Positions 50,644 through 63,600 of a stretch of 64,000 nt of DNA are shown piece after piece. The notes beneath the pieces were generated by a model. It saw nothing but the letters and a program-made list of their open reading frames with translations. It did no database searches and was not told where the DNA came from. How positions within the stretch are numbered: position 1 is the first letter of the stretch; each line of letters opens with the position of its first letter. This stretch comes from Mobula hypostoma (lineage: Eukaryota): NCBI RefSeq assembly GCF_963921235.1, contig NC_086110.1:434001-498000 (forward strand), read 5' to 3'. The position numbers and the translations under genes were made by a program.

Positions 50644-51668
50644 ACATTCATCCCGCGTTCTATGTGTCCCGCATGAAGACTTTCATGAGCCACCCCTGTG
50701 GCCTGTCTCTAAACCCTCCCCTCCCCCACGGATCATCGATGGGTCAGAGGCCTTCACCATGCATCGACTGCTGGATGTTCATCGCCGGGGCCGTGGCCTG
50801 TAGTACCTTGTGGACTAGGAGGGCTACGGTCTTGAGGAGAGGTGCTGGATGCCCGCCCGTAACATCCTAGACCCCTCTCTCAACGGGGACTGACATCGCC
50901 AGCAACCAGCTCTACCTGCCGTGACGCCAGAAGCCGCCTGTGGAGGGGGTGGGGGTGGGGGGTGGTTATTGTCAGTACCTCCAGTTGAACTTTGATTTTT
51001 GCGTGTTTTTCGCCTTGCCTGTGGTTTTGTATTGCCATGTGCTCTGGTTTGTTATAATTCACCAAGTGCTCCTGTCCCCACTCTTTCTCTACCCTGGGCA
51101 AGTAATACCCTGTATTACTGAATACTCCGCCTCTCACCTGTTTCTCATTATTACCTGTTTTGCTGACACTTCTGTCTCATTGTGCTCCACCTCTCATCTA
51201 CCTCTGTTTATTGCTCAGTGTATATTTGTACTGTATTTTCACCTGCATGTTGCCAGATTGTGCCTGTGAATTTTTCTAAGTCTTTCCAGTATGCGTATCT
51301 CTACACCGTCTGTCTGAATATCGACACTGTCTGTTGCTTGATTCTGGTTTGGATTTCTGTGGCTGTTTTAATTTTTGCCGGAACTTTGACGCCGATTTTA
51401 TTAACACCTCGGGTTTTGTTACTCAAATACTATCACTGGGTGCACAGTACTGGGTTTGCGATTGGATCACTGCTCCAGCGCCCTGACACTAACTGCCTAC
51501 TACCAATCAGCCAATGTTTTAACCATCTCAGTAACTTCAGGTCCAGAATCTGGTTCATTATCACCGGCATGTGACGTGAAATTTGTTACCTTAGTAGTAG
51601 CCCTCAAAGCAATACATAATACAGATTAAAAAAAAAACAAATAAAATAATAATAACACATAAACAAGT

Positions 51669-53570
51669 AACTCACATCAAAGATGCTGGTGAACGCAGCA
51701 GGCCAGGCAGCATCTCTAGGAAGAGGTACAGTCGCGTTTCAGGCCAAGACGCTTTGTCAGTACTAACTGAAGGAAGACTTAGTAAGAGATTTGAAAGTGG
51801 GAGGGGACGGGGAGATCCAAAATGATAGGAGAAGACCGGAGGGGGAGGGATGGAGTCAAGAGCTGGACAGGCGATTGGCAAAAGGGATACATGAGGCTCA
51901 TGGTACATGAGGCCTAGGGAGAAGGAAAAGGTGGGGGAGGGGACCCAAACGATGGGCAAGGGGTATAGTCAGAGACACAGAGGGAGAAAAGGGAGAGTGG
52001 GAGAAAGAATGTGTGTATATTGTGACGAGAATACACATAAAATTAAGATGTTTGCTGGCCTGGGTTAGCATCAGTGACATCAGCAAGTGGTCTGCCACCT
52101 GCCCTCAGGAGAAGGAGAGATAAGGAACAATGGAGCAGCGTCTGGAGATGTGTAATGAAGGGACGGGGGAGAGAGAGCTGTCTGGAGCGGCTCCCCCCTT
52201 TGAACCTTGAACTGTTTGAAGTGATGGACAGGCGATGCCCCAGCAGGGGGATAAAAAGGGACAGGTTCGCTAAGGCAGGACACACGCCACCCGAGGTAAC
52301 GAGACCCTGGAAGCGGTACGCTTCTCACGAGTCGGTGGGAGGTATCAGACAACGGCCAGGGTGGAAAGGTACGATCAGCGGGAACCCGGTGTGTGTCCGC
52401 CCTTGCCTGGGTGCCGGGTTCACTGCAGAGGATCGACCGCATCTGGAGGAGGGGTCACAGTCGGTGACCTCAGGTGACATCACCAAGGACCCGCCCAAAA
52501 GCTGCTTGTGAGCAATATCGCCAGTCTGTGAGTGAAGCCGTTCTGAATGATCAGTTGTTCCTGTTCTATCTCTCTCTTCCCCCACGTTGTCCATCGCCAT
52601 GGCAACGAATACTGCGAACTGAACTACTAAACTGGACTGAACTTTGAGTCACTTTGAAATTTGGTCATTTACACCTAGACAACGATAGAGCTTGATTGAT
52701 GCTGTTATCTTAATTCTGTGCACATGTGTGTTTATCATCGCTGAACTGTTGCATTTATTGTCCTTTCGATTACTGTGTTCCTTATTTTTTTTAATAAAAC
52801 TTTCTTAGTTCTAGTACTCCAGACTCCGACTGAGTGATCCATTTCTGCTGGTTTGGCAACCCAGTTACGGGGTACGTATCAATATAAATAAATAATGGAT
52901 GGGGTCCGAGGGGTAGGTGGGGCATTAGCGAAAGTCAGAGAAGTCAACGTTCATGCCATCAGGTTGGAGGCTACCCAGACGGAATATAAAGTGTTGTTCC
53001 TCCAACCTGAGTGTGGTTTCATCTTTACAGTAGAGGAGGCCGTGGATAGACATATCAGAATGAGAATGGGACGTGGAATTAAAATGTGTGGCCACTGGGA
53101 GATCCTGCTTTCTCTGGCGGACAGAGCGTAGGTGTTCAGCAAAACGATCTCCCAGTCTGCGTCGTGTCTCGCCAATATATAGAAGGCCACATCGGGCGCA
53201 CCGGACGCAGTATAACACCCCAGCCGACTCACAGGTGAAGTGTCGCCTCACCTGGAAGGACTGTCTGGGGCCCTGAATGGTGGTAAGGGAGGAAGTGTAA
53301 GGGCATGTGTAGCACTTGTTCATCTTACACGGATAAGTACCAGGAGGAAACTCAGTGGGGAGGAATGGGGAGGAGGGCGGGGGGAACGAATGGACAAGGG
53401 AGTCGCGTAGGGAGCGATCCCTGAGGAAAGCAGAGAGAGGGGGGACGGAAAGATGTGCTTAGTGGTGGGATCCCGTTGGAGGTGGCGGAAGTTACGGAGA
53501 ATAATATGTTGGACGTGGAGACTGGTGGGGTGGTAGGTGTGAACCAGGGGAACCCTACTCCTAGTGGGAC
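51669..53570 (-). mobile_element. Penelope-like 3' fragment (GIY-YIG and terminal region), split by a solo LTR
   Basis: Minus-strand ORF 52925-53323 GVLYCVRCARCGLLYIGETRRRL; terminal sequence shared with the other copies. Confidence 0.88.
52021..52881 (+). mobile_element. Solo LTR with 4-bp TSD ATAT
   Basis: TGTGACG...GGGGTACGTATCA termini resemble the LTR at 16916-17666; ATAT at 52017-52020 and 52882-52885. Confidence 0.85.
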
Positions 53571-54524
53571 ATAAATAAGTATATCAGTTACAGTATATTT
53601 ATATTTAATAGATTGAAATCGGTCAAAAAATCAGAAATACTATATATTATAAAAGCAGAGTCTGAGCGTTCAATATCCATTTAGGAATCGAATGCCAGAG
53701 GGGAAGAAGCTGTTCCTGAAACGCTAAGTGTGTTCCTCTTGCCTTCTGTACCTCCTACTTGATGGTAACAGTTTGAAAAGCGCATGCCCTGGGTGCTGGA
53801 GCGCCTTAATAATGAACGCTGTCTTTCTGAGACACCGCTCCCTGAAGATATCCTGGGTATTTTGTAGACTACTACCCAAGATAGAGTTGTCTAAATTTAA
53901 AACCCTCTGCAACTTCTTTCGGTCCTGTGCAACAGCCCTCTCCCCCATTCTAGACGGCGACACAACCAGCCAGAATGCAGGTCCAGGTCTTTGGCAAGTG
54001 AACCATGGATAAGAGCAGTTTAAGTATATTTTTTGGGTTTACCAACTTTTCTGCACGAGGCTCCCACAAAGTCAGATGGGACACATTGCCAGGCCTGGAA
54101 ACTTATCAATCCTAATTCACCGCAAGACAGCAAGTACTCCTCTTATATTATCTGGTTAGCATCCGTGCACAGGCGACTCTTTTGACTCAGTTCTGTAGTC
54201 TCTGTGTTTGTCGTCTCTGAGTAAATTCAGACACCAAAATAATACAAGATCACTCCTATCTCTTTCTGCTCTATGATGACGTCGCTGATCTACAAGAAGG
54301 ATATCTTTGGTCCTTGCTATCCTCCGGCTATTAACATAGCTATATAATCACTTGGGGCTGGCTAGATAAATTTTGGCTCCGTTCTGTAGTCTCTGTGTTT
54401 GGCTCCTGAGTAAAATCAGACACCAAAATAATATAAGGTCTCAACCGTGTCCTTCTGCTCCATGATGATCTCGCTTATTTACAAAGGGAATTGTTTTGAA
54501 CCTTGCTATCGTTTTGCTGTTAAT

Positions 54525-55170
54525 AATGCAAGTCCTGTGATTGTCAGGTGCCAGATCACTCGGTGGGAGAGCATTTTGGAGGTAGTGGTCACAACTGTAT
54601 CTCTGTTACCAGAGAGCGGGACAGGGATAGGAGAGGAAAATTGGAAAAAAAAATTGGGGTAGAGGGAAATATCATGATACTAGAAAGGCACTTATGAGCA
54701 TAAATTCGGAACCGATATTCTCAGGAAAATGCACGTGAGAAATGTGGCAAACATTCAGGGAACATTTCCATGGCTTTCTACATAGGCATGCTCCATTGCG
54801 GTAGGGAAAGGATGATAGGCTAAAAGAACCATGGAGTACAAAGGATGTGGAAAAAGCAGTCAAGAAGAAAAGAAAAGCTCAGGACAGGTTCAGAAACTAG
54901 GTACGGATAGATTTCTAGAACATTACAAGGTTGCCCGGAAGAAGCCGAAGAATCAAATAAGGAGAGCTAGAAGGGACCATAAGAGTACTTTGGTGATTAG
55001 GATTAAGGAAAACCCCAAGACATTCTACAAGTATGTAAAGAGCAAGACGATGAGCTGTGTGAGAATATGGCTAATCAGGTGCAATAATAGTAACATGTGC
55101 ATGGAGACAGAGGAGGTGGCGGAGGTACTTAATGAATACTTTGCTTCAGTATTCACCAGAAAATACGAGC
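54525..55170 (+). mobile_element. CR1 ORF2 internal fragment
   Basis: IKENPKTFYKYVKSK and VAEVLNEYFASVFT. Confidence 0.82.
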
Positions 55171-55183
55171 TTTATTATTGTGG

Positions 55184-56600
55184 GAACACACATCAAAGTT
55201 GCTGGTGAACGCAGCAGGCCAGGCAGCATCTCTAGGAAGAGGTACAGTTGACGTTTCAGGCCGAGACCCTTCGTCAGGACTAACTGAAGGAAGAGTGAGT
55301 AAGACATTTGAAAGTTGGAGGGGGAGGGGGAGATCTAAAATGATAGGAGAAGACAGGAGGGGGAGAGATGGAGCCAAGAGCTGGACAGGTGATAGGCAAA
55401 AGGGATACGAGAGGATCATGGGACCGGAGGTCCGGGAAGAAAGACAAAGGGAGGGGGGAGCCCAGAGGATGGGCAAGGGGTATATTCAGAGGGGCAGAGG
55501 GAGAAAAAGGAGAGTGAGAGAAAGAATGTGTGTATAAAAATAAATAACAGATGGGGTATGAGGGAGAGGTGGGGCATTAGCGGACATTAGAGAAGTCGAT
55601 GTTCATGCCATCAGGTTGGAGGCATCCTCTCGTATCCCTTTTGCCAAACACCTGTCCAGCTCTTGGCTCCATCCCTCCCCCTCCTACTAAAATTATCTAA
55701 AATGTTAAAAAATGAAACCATAGTCAAAGTAATAACGCAAACAACAGGAATTCTGCAGATGCTGGAAATTCAAGCAACATACATCAAAGTTGCTGGTGAA
55801 CGCAGCAGGCCAAGCAGCATCTGTAGGAAGAGGTGCAGTCGACGTTTCAGGCCGAGACCCTTCGTCAGGACTAACTGAAGGAAGAGTGAGTAAGGGATTT
55901 GAAAGTTGGAGGGGGAGGGGGAGATCCAAAATGATAGGAGAAGACAGGAGGGGGATGGATAGAGCCAAGAGCTGGACAGGTGATAGGCAGAAGGGGATAC
56001 GAGAGGATCATGGGACAGGAGGTCCGGGAAGAAAGACAACGGGGGGGGGGGGGGACCCAGAGAATGGGCAAGAGGTATATTCAGAGGGACAGAGGGAGAA
56101 AAAGGAGAGTGAGAGAAAGAATGTGTGCATTAAAATGAGTAACAGATGGGGAGGTGGGGCCTTAGCGGAAGTTAAGTAACTCGTACCCCATCTGTTATTC
56201 ATTTTTATGCACACATTCTTTCTCTCACTCTTCTGTTTCTCCCTCTGTCCCTCTGAATATACCTCTTGCCCATCCTTTGGGTCCCGCCCCCCCCTTGTCT
56301 TTCTTCCGCAACCACCTGTCCCATGATCCTCTCGTATCCCCTTTTGCCAATCACCTGTCCAGCTCTTGGCTATATCCCTCCCCCTCCTGTCTTCTCCTAT
56401 CATTTTGGATCTCCCCCTCCCCCTCCAACTTTCAAATCCCTTACTCACTCTTCCTTCAGTTAGTCCTGACGAAGGGTCTCGGCCTGAAACGTCGACTGCA
56501 CCTCACCTACAGATGCTGCTTGGCCTGCTGCGTTCACCAGCAACTTTGATGTGTGTTGCTTGAATTTCCAGCATCTGCAGAATTCCTGTTGTTTATATTT
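55184..56600. mobile_element. Cluster of Penelope-like terminal arms in alternating orientations, plus a short captured LINE piece
   Basis: Arms at ~55184-55620 (-), 55621-55683 (+), 55732-56175 (-) and 56176-56600 (+); 55684-55731 matches 61758-61810. Confidence 0.85.
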
Positions 56601-56604
56601 ATTT

Positions 56605-57195
56605 TAGATCCCACTCTTTTTCAGAAACAAATTTCCAATACCCCTTGAAAACCATGGCTTTCTCAAGCTTTTAACCTTTCCTTTCAACCTAACAGGAATA
56701 TATAAATCCTGTACCCTCAAAATTTCACCTTTAAATGACCTCCATTTCTCTATTACATTCTTCCCATAAAACAAATTGTCCCAATCCATTCCATCCAAAT
56801 CCTTCCGCATCTCCTCAAAGTTAACCTTTTTCCAATGAAAAATCTCAACCCTGGGTCCAGTCCAACCCTTCTCCATAATTATATTGATAGTAATGATATT
56901 GTGACCACTGGACCCGAAGTGCTCCCCAACACATACCTCCGTCACCTGCCCTATCTCATCTCCTAACAGGAGATCCTACGCTTTTCTTTCTCTAGTTGGT
57001 ACCTTTATGTATTGCTGCAAAAAACAATCTTGCCCACATTTTAGCAACTTCAAACCATCCAGCCCTTTTACAAAATGGGCTTCCCAGTCAATGTGTGGAA
57101 AATTTAAATCTCCCACAATCACAACAATGTGCTTACTACAAATATCTGTTATCTCCTTACAAATTTGCTCCTCCAGTTCTCGCTCCCCATTAGGT
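56605..57195 (-). mobile_element. CR1 endonuclease-region fragment
   Basis: Minus-strand VGEHFGSSGHN...FEEMRKDL...PWFSR. Confidence 0.8.
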
Positions 57196-60100
57196 TTAAG
57201 TCATTGAATCGATTCTGAAAATCCTTCTTCTGGACTACAGGTGTTAGCATTACTCCTGCAAATTACCGACCGTGAAAGAGAGAGAGAGAAAGTCATTCTT
57301 TCCATGTAGGGAAATTGTGAGAACATTGTTCTCCCAATTTTCTGATAAAAGTGGATATAGCACATTTTGCATGGATTAAATTGAAATTCATGCTGTCATG
57401 GAAAGTGGTAGAAAACGGTTGGAGTCTGCTTCGGGAATAGAGATGATGAGTATACGGACGTGGATTACTGTTACTGGGAACACAGCATAGGGAATGATAT
57501 AGGATAGGTGATCTTTTAGTGATGAATACATTTCACCAAAGAAGAGGACATTGAAGAAGATCTGCGTTCGTTTTCTGCTAACAAACTGAATCGCGCCATT
57601 TGGCAGCTCGCCAGTTAATCACTCAGTAAGTTTAACGGAATGTAAAACTGCAATGTTTCATTTCTGTTCAACGGCTTAGATTGTCCTGCATTATCGTAAC
57701 ACGGATATATATCGTTATTGACTTATTTTATTCAAAAATTGTCCAATAATTAAAAGTAGAAATCGGTTTTCTTAACCAAAAATTAACAATCGCATGCTTT
57801 GTAAATATGTCTGGACATTTGCACCCCGTCACCAACTTGATCTGATTGGTTCGTTACTCCTCTGGCAAAGTAACTTCGCTCCTAATAGGAAGACATGTAG
57901 TTGAAATATTCGGAAGACTATAAGGAACAACAGATCCATTATTTTCCTCCCTGCATTGGATGAAGGAAACGCCTAAATATTTAGATAATATCGGAAAACT
58001 GGCTCTCTAATACTAAAGCTACCTTAGCGATTAAGAGGACCTGGGAGATTCAGAAATATCAGGAAACAACATAAAAAAAAAACTCATGATGTTTCGGAAA
58101 GACAAACATGCACGCGCCACTTTTAATTGTCTGGCAACAGGAATATAAGCACACCAAACATCAATTCCTATCTACATTTTAATGCTTTGAAATGCACAAG
58201 CCATGTCGGCAAGCTTTCATTTCGGGTGAACTGCAGCATATGATGATATTTTGTCCATTATATCATTTGTCGTTTGAAATGAAGATTCTTCCTGAGTTCT
58301 ATTAGTTTATTTTTGGAAAAGGAACTGTTTGGGAATATGATTTAAATTAGCATACTAAACAAAAATACTGGTCTGAATAGTCTATATCTGTCGACTTTAT
58401 ATTTGACAGCAAGCAGGGATGATTCTATATCAGGACACCACAGGGAGCAAATAGGTTAATTGTATGCTGCGTCACAGGAAATCTGGAAGCATAAATAAAA
58501 GAACAAGCACAGTTTCTCTGTGTCTTACTTACAGTAAATACCCACATCCAACTAAAGCCTGATGTATTTCTCTGCCATGAAATAAATTTTACTGGGCCAT
58601 GTTCGTGTCCCCATAACGAACTGTTTTCACGCCATCAGTGCTTTTGACTACAGATATGGGAAAGACAACGTTTACCATTTTGGACATGGTTATTTTGCAT
58701 TAACGAGATACGTAGGAGAGGTTTTCCGTTACTACGTTTTAAATACATTTCCACCGCTTTATTTTAAAGTACCACGGATTACAGTCATTTCATGGCCCTT
58801 TTTGTTCACTGTTCCCAGCGTACGACCATCCTTCACAGTTGTTCCATGCAGAAATCGGTAGGTTTACATTTGCAGATGTTACAAAGGTATTGAAAACCGC
58901 GCCATATTCTGCCATTGTTGCTACTTAGTAATTTATGTGGGATAATTAATTGAATATATTTTAGAAGGTGATATTATGATGCATTGAGTTATGCCAGAAG
59001 TGACTCTAACCAACCTTCGGACATATGGGACATGTAAATGTTTGGCCTCTACAAAGTGATCTAAAATATGCACCTGGAAAGCAGGCAAAACATTCAATTG
59101 AAGACAGAATTACGGGGAAGTTAAAGGTCAAAGTTTCAAAGGTCCAATTTAATTTCAGAGAAATGTATACGATATGCATCCTAAAATGCTTTCTCTTCAC
59201 AACCATCCTCGAAAACAGAGTAGTGCCCCTAAGAATAAACGACAGTTAAATATGAGAACCCCAAATTAACGCAACTATCCAGATGAAGATCAAACATCAT
59301 GTCTCATCTGCATACAAAAGAGAATTTAACCCACTTTGTCAACGGACCATTAATTAATCATATGATTCCTTGCTGAGAGTAAACACAGGCGCACCTCAAA
59401 GATGAGTGCTTTGACCTCTGCTTTACTCTCTTTACACGGTAGTTTATATGGCTAAGTAAATTGGAGAAGCCAATCTTCGATGGCGATGGCGAAGAGGAGC
59501 TGAACTGGAAGGAGATATCTCGGCTAATTGAGTGAGGTCAGGACAAAAACCTTGCACTCAACATCAACTTGATCAAGGAAGTTATTGTTTGTTTCAGAAA
59601 AAGAGAATTCCGGAGAACACTCGTTAGTCCTTATTGGAATGCCAACTGTAGAAAGAATAATCAGCTTCAAGTTCCTCAGCGTTTACATATCACTACAGGT
59701 CAGTGTTAAGAACTTTCAGTTTAAAATTCCTTCACCTGTCTTACTTTAATAAGCAGCGCGAATGTGGGCCCATATGAGCAGCTTCTTTGCATTTTCACGC
59801 GGAGATGCAGTATGCCTCCATTAGTATGTACTCGGAATTGTGAATTCCCATAAACAAAATCGTAACGTTTGCCTTTATTTTGACAGTAGAGCTCTTAATG
59901 CACAAATTCGCAACACTTTCTTGTTGCAAGTAAACATTTAAATTTACAGCACTGCCGGGGTCGAGTCAAGATCGTTCACGCCGTGACCCTGTTAATCCGA
60001 AAGCAGACCAATCCTGAGATTACACGCCAGACCAAGTGATCCAGTGGGTGGTAAAAGGATAAACCCTCTGCCCACTGGAAATCATGAAAATGGTTAGCCA

Positions 60101-61810
60101 CAACATCAAAGGCTTCAGCACAGTAAAGCAGAAATCCTGGCAAACTTAAAACTGGACATCTTGTGCATACAAGAAACTCATAGGCTAAACAACCAACCCT
60201 ATGTGTCTCTAAATGCACTTGGCTATTGACAACCTTTGCCAAACTTATGGAAGTGCAATCTTTGTTAAAGAGAAATCTATATTAATGAGCACAGCAAACA
60301 TCCAAGCTGGTTCAATGGAAGTTCTGAAAATTGAAACAAAACGCAAAAATATAATCTCGGTCTACAACCCCCCCCCCCCGCCCCCCTTGAACCATTCATG
60401 TGGCCACTTAATCTAGATCTCCAGAGCAAAATGTACCTCATTATTGTTGACTTTAATAGCCATAGTACCCACTGGGGATATGCAGATGACGATGCAATTG
60501 GAGAACAAGTTGTATCATGGGCTCTAAACAACAGCATTGAGCTACCATACAAATCAAAGGACACCACTACCTTCACAAGTGCCAGATGGAGAAAAGGATA
60601 CAACGCAGACCTTGCCTTTGTTACTTCGGCAAGCTCCAACCTCTTCTCACGAACAGCCTCCAACATATACCCAAATCCCAACACTGTCCAGTCCAGTTAG
60701 AATCCCTTCCAGTTCTGAGACCTGTACCATCAAAATACCTACCAAGATGTAATCTGACAAAAGTGAATTGGACATATTTCGCAGAATCCCTTGATCAACT
60801 TATCGATGCCATACCAACAGAACCTAATTATTAGGATGAATTTGTCTGTCTAATCTGGAAAGTAGCAAAAGAGTACACACCTAGAGGCTGCAGAACTAAA
60901 TATATTCAGGGATTGATTAGTGATATCAAGCAAAGTTATGATGAGTATGTCAACTTATACGACCAAGATCCATTTGGTCACGACACAATTGAAATGGGAG
61001 GGTCGGTTCTGTCCCTGCTAAGCGAAGAGAGACAGCAACGTTGTCAGGAACTGATAGAAAACGCAGATATGACTAAGAACAGTAAGAAGGCATGGGTAAC
61101 TGTTCGGAAACTCAACTCAGACAATAGACCACCGCAGAAAATTGCTGCCGTAACACCTAATCAGGTTGCCCACCAATTGATAGTAAATGGTCGACCAAAT
61201 AACGAGGAACGGAGGCAAAAGAAAAAGCAACATCAAGAGATGGAGTCAGCTCTGTCAAATGGGTATAACAACTTCCCACCTCTCACGCTAGAAGAATTAA
61301 AGGATGAAGTATTGCAGTTAAAATCCAACAGAGCTGCTGGCATAGATGAGATTCTTAATTAATTCTTTAAACATCTAGGACCTAAAGCACTCTACTGGTT
61401 TCCGTCCCGTTTTAACTGATGCCTAAGATCATTAAATATACCGAAAAATGGAGAAGAGCCAAAGTTGTTGCTCCTAAAACCCAATAAAGACCCCAACATT
61501 CCTAAAAACTATAGACCGATTTCCTTGTTCTGCACCCTGTATAAACTCTACGACAGACTCATACTGAAAAGAATATCCCCCTTAGTCGAAGGTCTTCTAA
61601 CACCAGACCAAGCCGGGTTCAGGCCAGCCCGCTCTTGCTGTGGTCAAGTCCTGAACTTAACACAGTATATTGAGGATGGCTTTGAAATGCGGCAAATTAC
61701 AGGGGCAGTAGTCGTTGACTTAACAGCAACATACGACACTGTGAATCACAGAGGCCTTCTACTAAAATTATCTAAAATGTTAAAGAATGAAACCATAGTC
61801 AAAGTAATAA

Positions 61811-62518
61811 CGCAAACAACAGGAATTTTGCAGATGCTGGAAATTCAAGCAACATACATCAAAGTTGCTGGTGAACGCAGCAGGCCAAGCAGCATCTATA
61901 GGAAGAGGTGCAGTCGACGTTTCAGGCCGAGACCCTTCGTCAGGACTAACTGAAGGAAGAGTGAGTAAGGGATTTGAAAGTGGGAGGGGGAGGGGGAGAT
62001 CCAAAATGATAGGAGAAGACAGGAGGGGGAGGGATGGAGCCAAGAGCTGGACAGGTGATTGGCAAAAGGGATACGAGAGGATGCCTCCAACCTGATGGCA
62101 TGAACATCGACTTTTCTAACGTCCGCTAATGCCCCACCTCTCCCTCATACCCCATCTGTTATTTATTTTTATACACACATTCTTTCTCTCACTCTCCTTT
62201 TTCTCCCTCTGCCCCTCTGAATATACCCCTTGCCCATCCTCTGGGTTCCCCCCTCCCCTTGTCTTTCTTCCCGGACCTCCGGTCCCATGATCCTCTCGTA
62301 TCCCTTTTGCCTATCACCTGTCCAGCTCTTGGCTCCATCCCTCCCCCTCCTGTCATCTCCTATCATTTTAGATCTCCCCCTCCCCCTCCAACTTTCAAAT
62401 GTCTTACTCACTCTTCCTTCAGTTAGTCGTGACGAAGGGTCTCGGCCTGAAACGTCGACTGTACCTCTTCCTAGAGATGCTGCCTGGCCTGCTGCGTTCA
62501 CCAACAACTTTGATGTAT
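61811..62518. mobile_element. Short fold-back Penelope-derived insert with 13-bp TSD
   Basis: Minus arm 61811-~62082 and plus arm ~62083-62518, both element 3' ends facing outward; GTCAAAGTAATAA at 61798-61810 and 62519-62531. Confidence 0.9.
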
Positions 62519-62974
62519 GTCAAAGTAATAAGACGGCACCGAGAAAATCGTAGATTTTATGTAGAAATGAATGGAATTAAGAGTAGAATGCGTCCACAAA
62601 TGAACCGACTACCATAGGGATCAGTCCTGGCACCTCTACTATTTAACGTCTACACAAATGACCAACCAACCTTTCCTAACTCACGCAGGGTTATCTATGC
62701 AGATAATTTATGCATAGCAACACAAGTTAACTCCTTCCAAGAAGTTGAAGTACGAGTTACAGCAGACCTCGAAGTAATGAAGCAGTATTATGAAAAATGG
62801 TTTCTGAACCCAAATCCATCAAGAACTCAAGTGTGTGCATTCCACCTGAGGAATCGACAAGCAGCTCGGAAACACAACATCTTCTGGTGTTGGAAGTAGC
62901 TCGAACACCACCCGACTCCAATTTGCCTGGGCGTGACACTGGATAGAACGCTCTCATTTGCCACCCACAACTAA

Positions 62975-63600
62975 AAAAATGGGAGGTGATGCAGCGCGCT
63001 CAGCTCTCTGGTGAAATGATATCGTATTTATAAGTAGTATGCCACGCACAATTCTGATCTGATGTAGACAAACGTGAGAAGCACTGAGGAACATCTGGAG
63101 AAACTTCTGAAATGCCCGGTTCGCTGCCGCTGCTACTGTGCGATCGGGAATCTCCGGAGGGAAGGCCCCAAATTCCCGGCTTTGCCTGCTACTGGCGACC
63201 GAGGCTGGGTTCGAAGCGTTCAGCAGAGATGGTGCTCGTTACTCGGTGTCGGAGGGCTGGTCGGAGGCTCGAAGTTTTCGGACGACTCAGAATCGGACTG
63301 TGGTCGGGCATGGCAGGGAGAGTTTTCTTTCTTCTCCCATCTGCGTGAGGTGTGGGACTTGCGAGAGACTTTGAACTTTTTAACTGTGCCCATGGCCTGT
63401 TCTTCAACAAGTTATGGTATTGTTGCACTGTTATAACTATAAACTATAATTATGTGTTTTTTGTTAGTTTTTGAGTCTTGGTTTGTCCTGTGTTTCTGTG
63501 ATATCACACCGGACGAATATTATATCGTTTCTTAATGCATGCATTACTAAATGACAATAAAAGAGGACTGCGTGTCCTCATAATCTAATATCTAATCTAA
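62975..63600 (+). mobile_element. Non-coding retroposon-like insertion ending in an (ATCTA)n tail
   Basis: Interrupts the Vingi-like RT C-terminus; AATAAA followed by ataatctaatatctaatcta; possible CTAAA duplication at the ends. Family not identified. Confidence 0.6.

Larger units (their letters stand above)
37877..51488 (+). mobile_element. Full-length decayed chromovirus (sushi-like Ty3/Gypsy) with nested insertions
   Basis: 5' LTR 37877-38514 and 3' LTR 50970-51488, both starting TGTCAGTACC; flanks CTAGC/CTAAC (5-bp TSD, 1 mismatch); G-rich PPT at ~50941-50966. Gag (PPPENYSG...EWGTAVW), knuckle LYCGQTGH, protease VDSGA (~39621), RT YLDD, RNase H, integrase ([11 protein letters not shown]; VVSDRG; FHPQTNGQTE) and chromodomain (RLLDVHRRGRGL*YLVD*EGYG). 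Confidence 0.93.

Noticed and set aside
44585-50870. Mucin- or extensin-like host protein genes from the three ~2000-aa ORFs
   Set aside because: They are translations of a 31-bp tandem array inside a decayed retrotransposon.
58533-58647. Minus-strand exon-like segment with good acceptor and gtaagt donor
   Set aside because: All three frames contain stops and no partner exons were found; a non-coding or terminal exon cannot be excluded.
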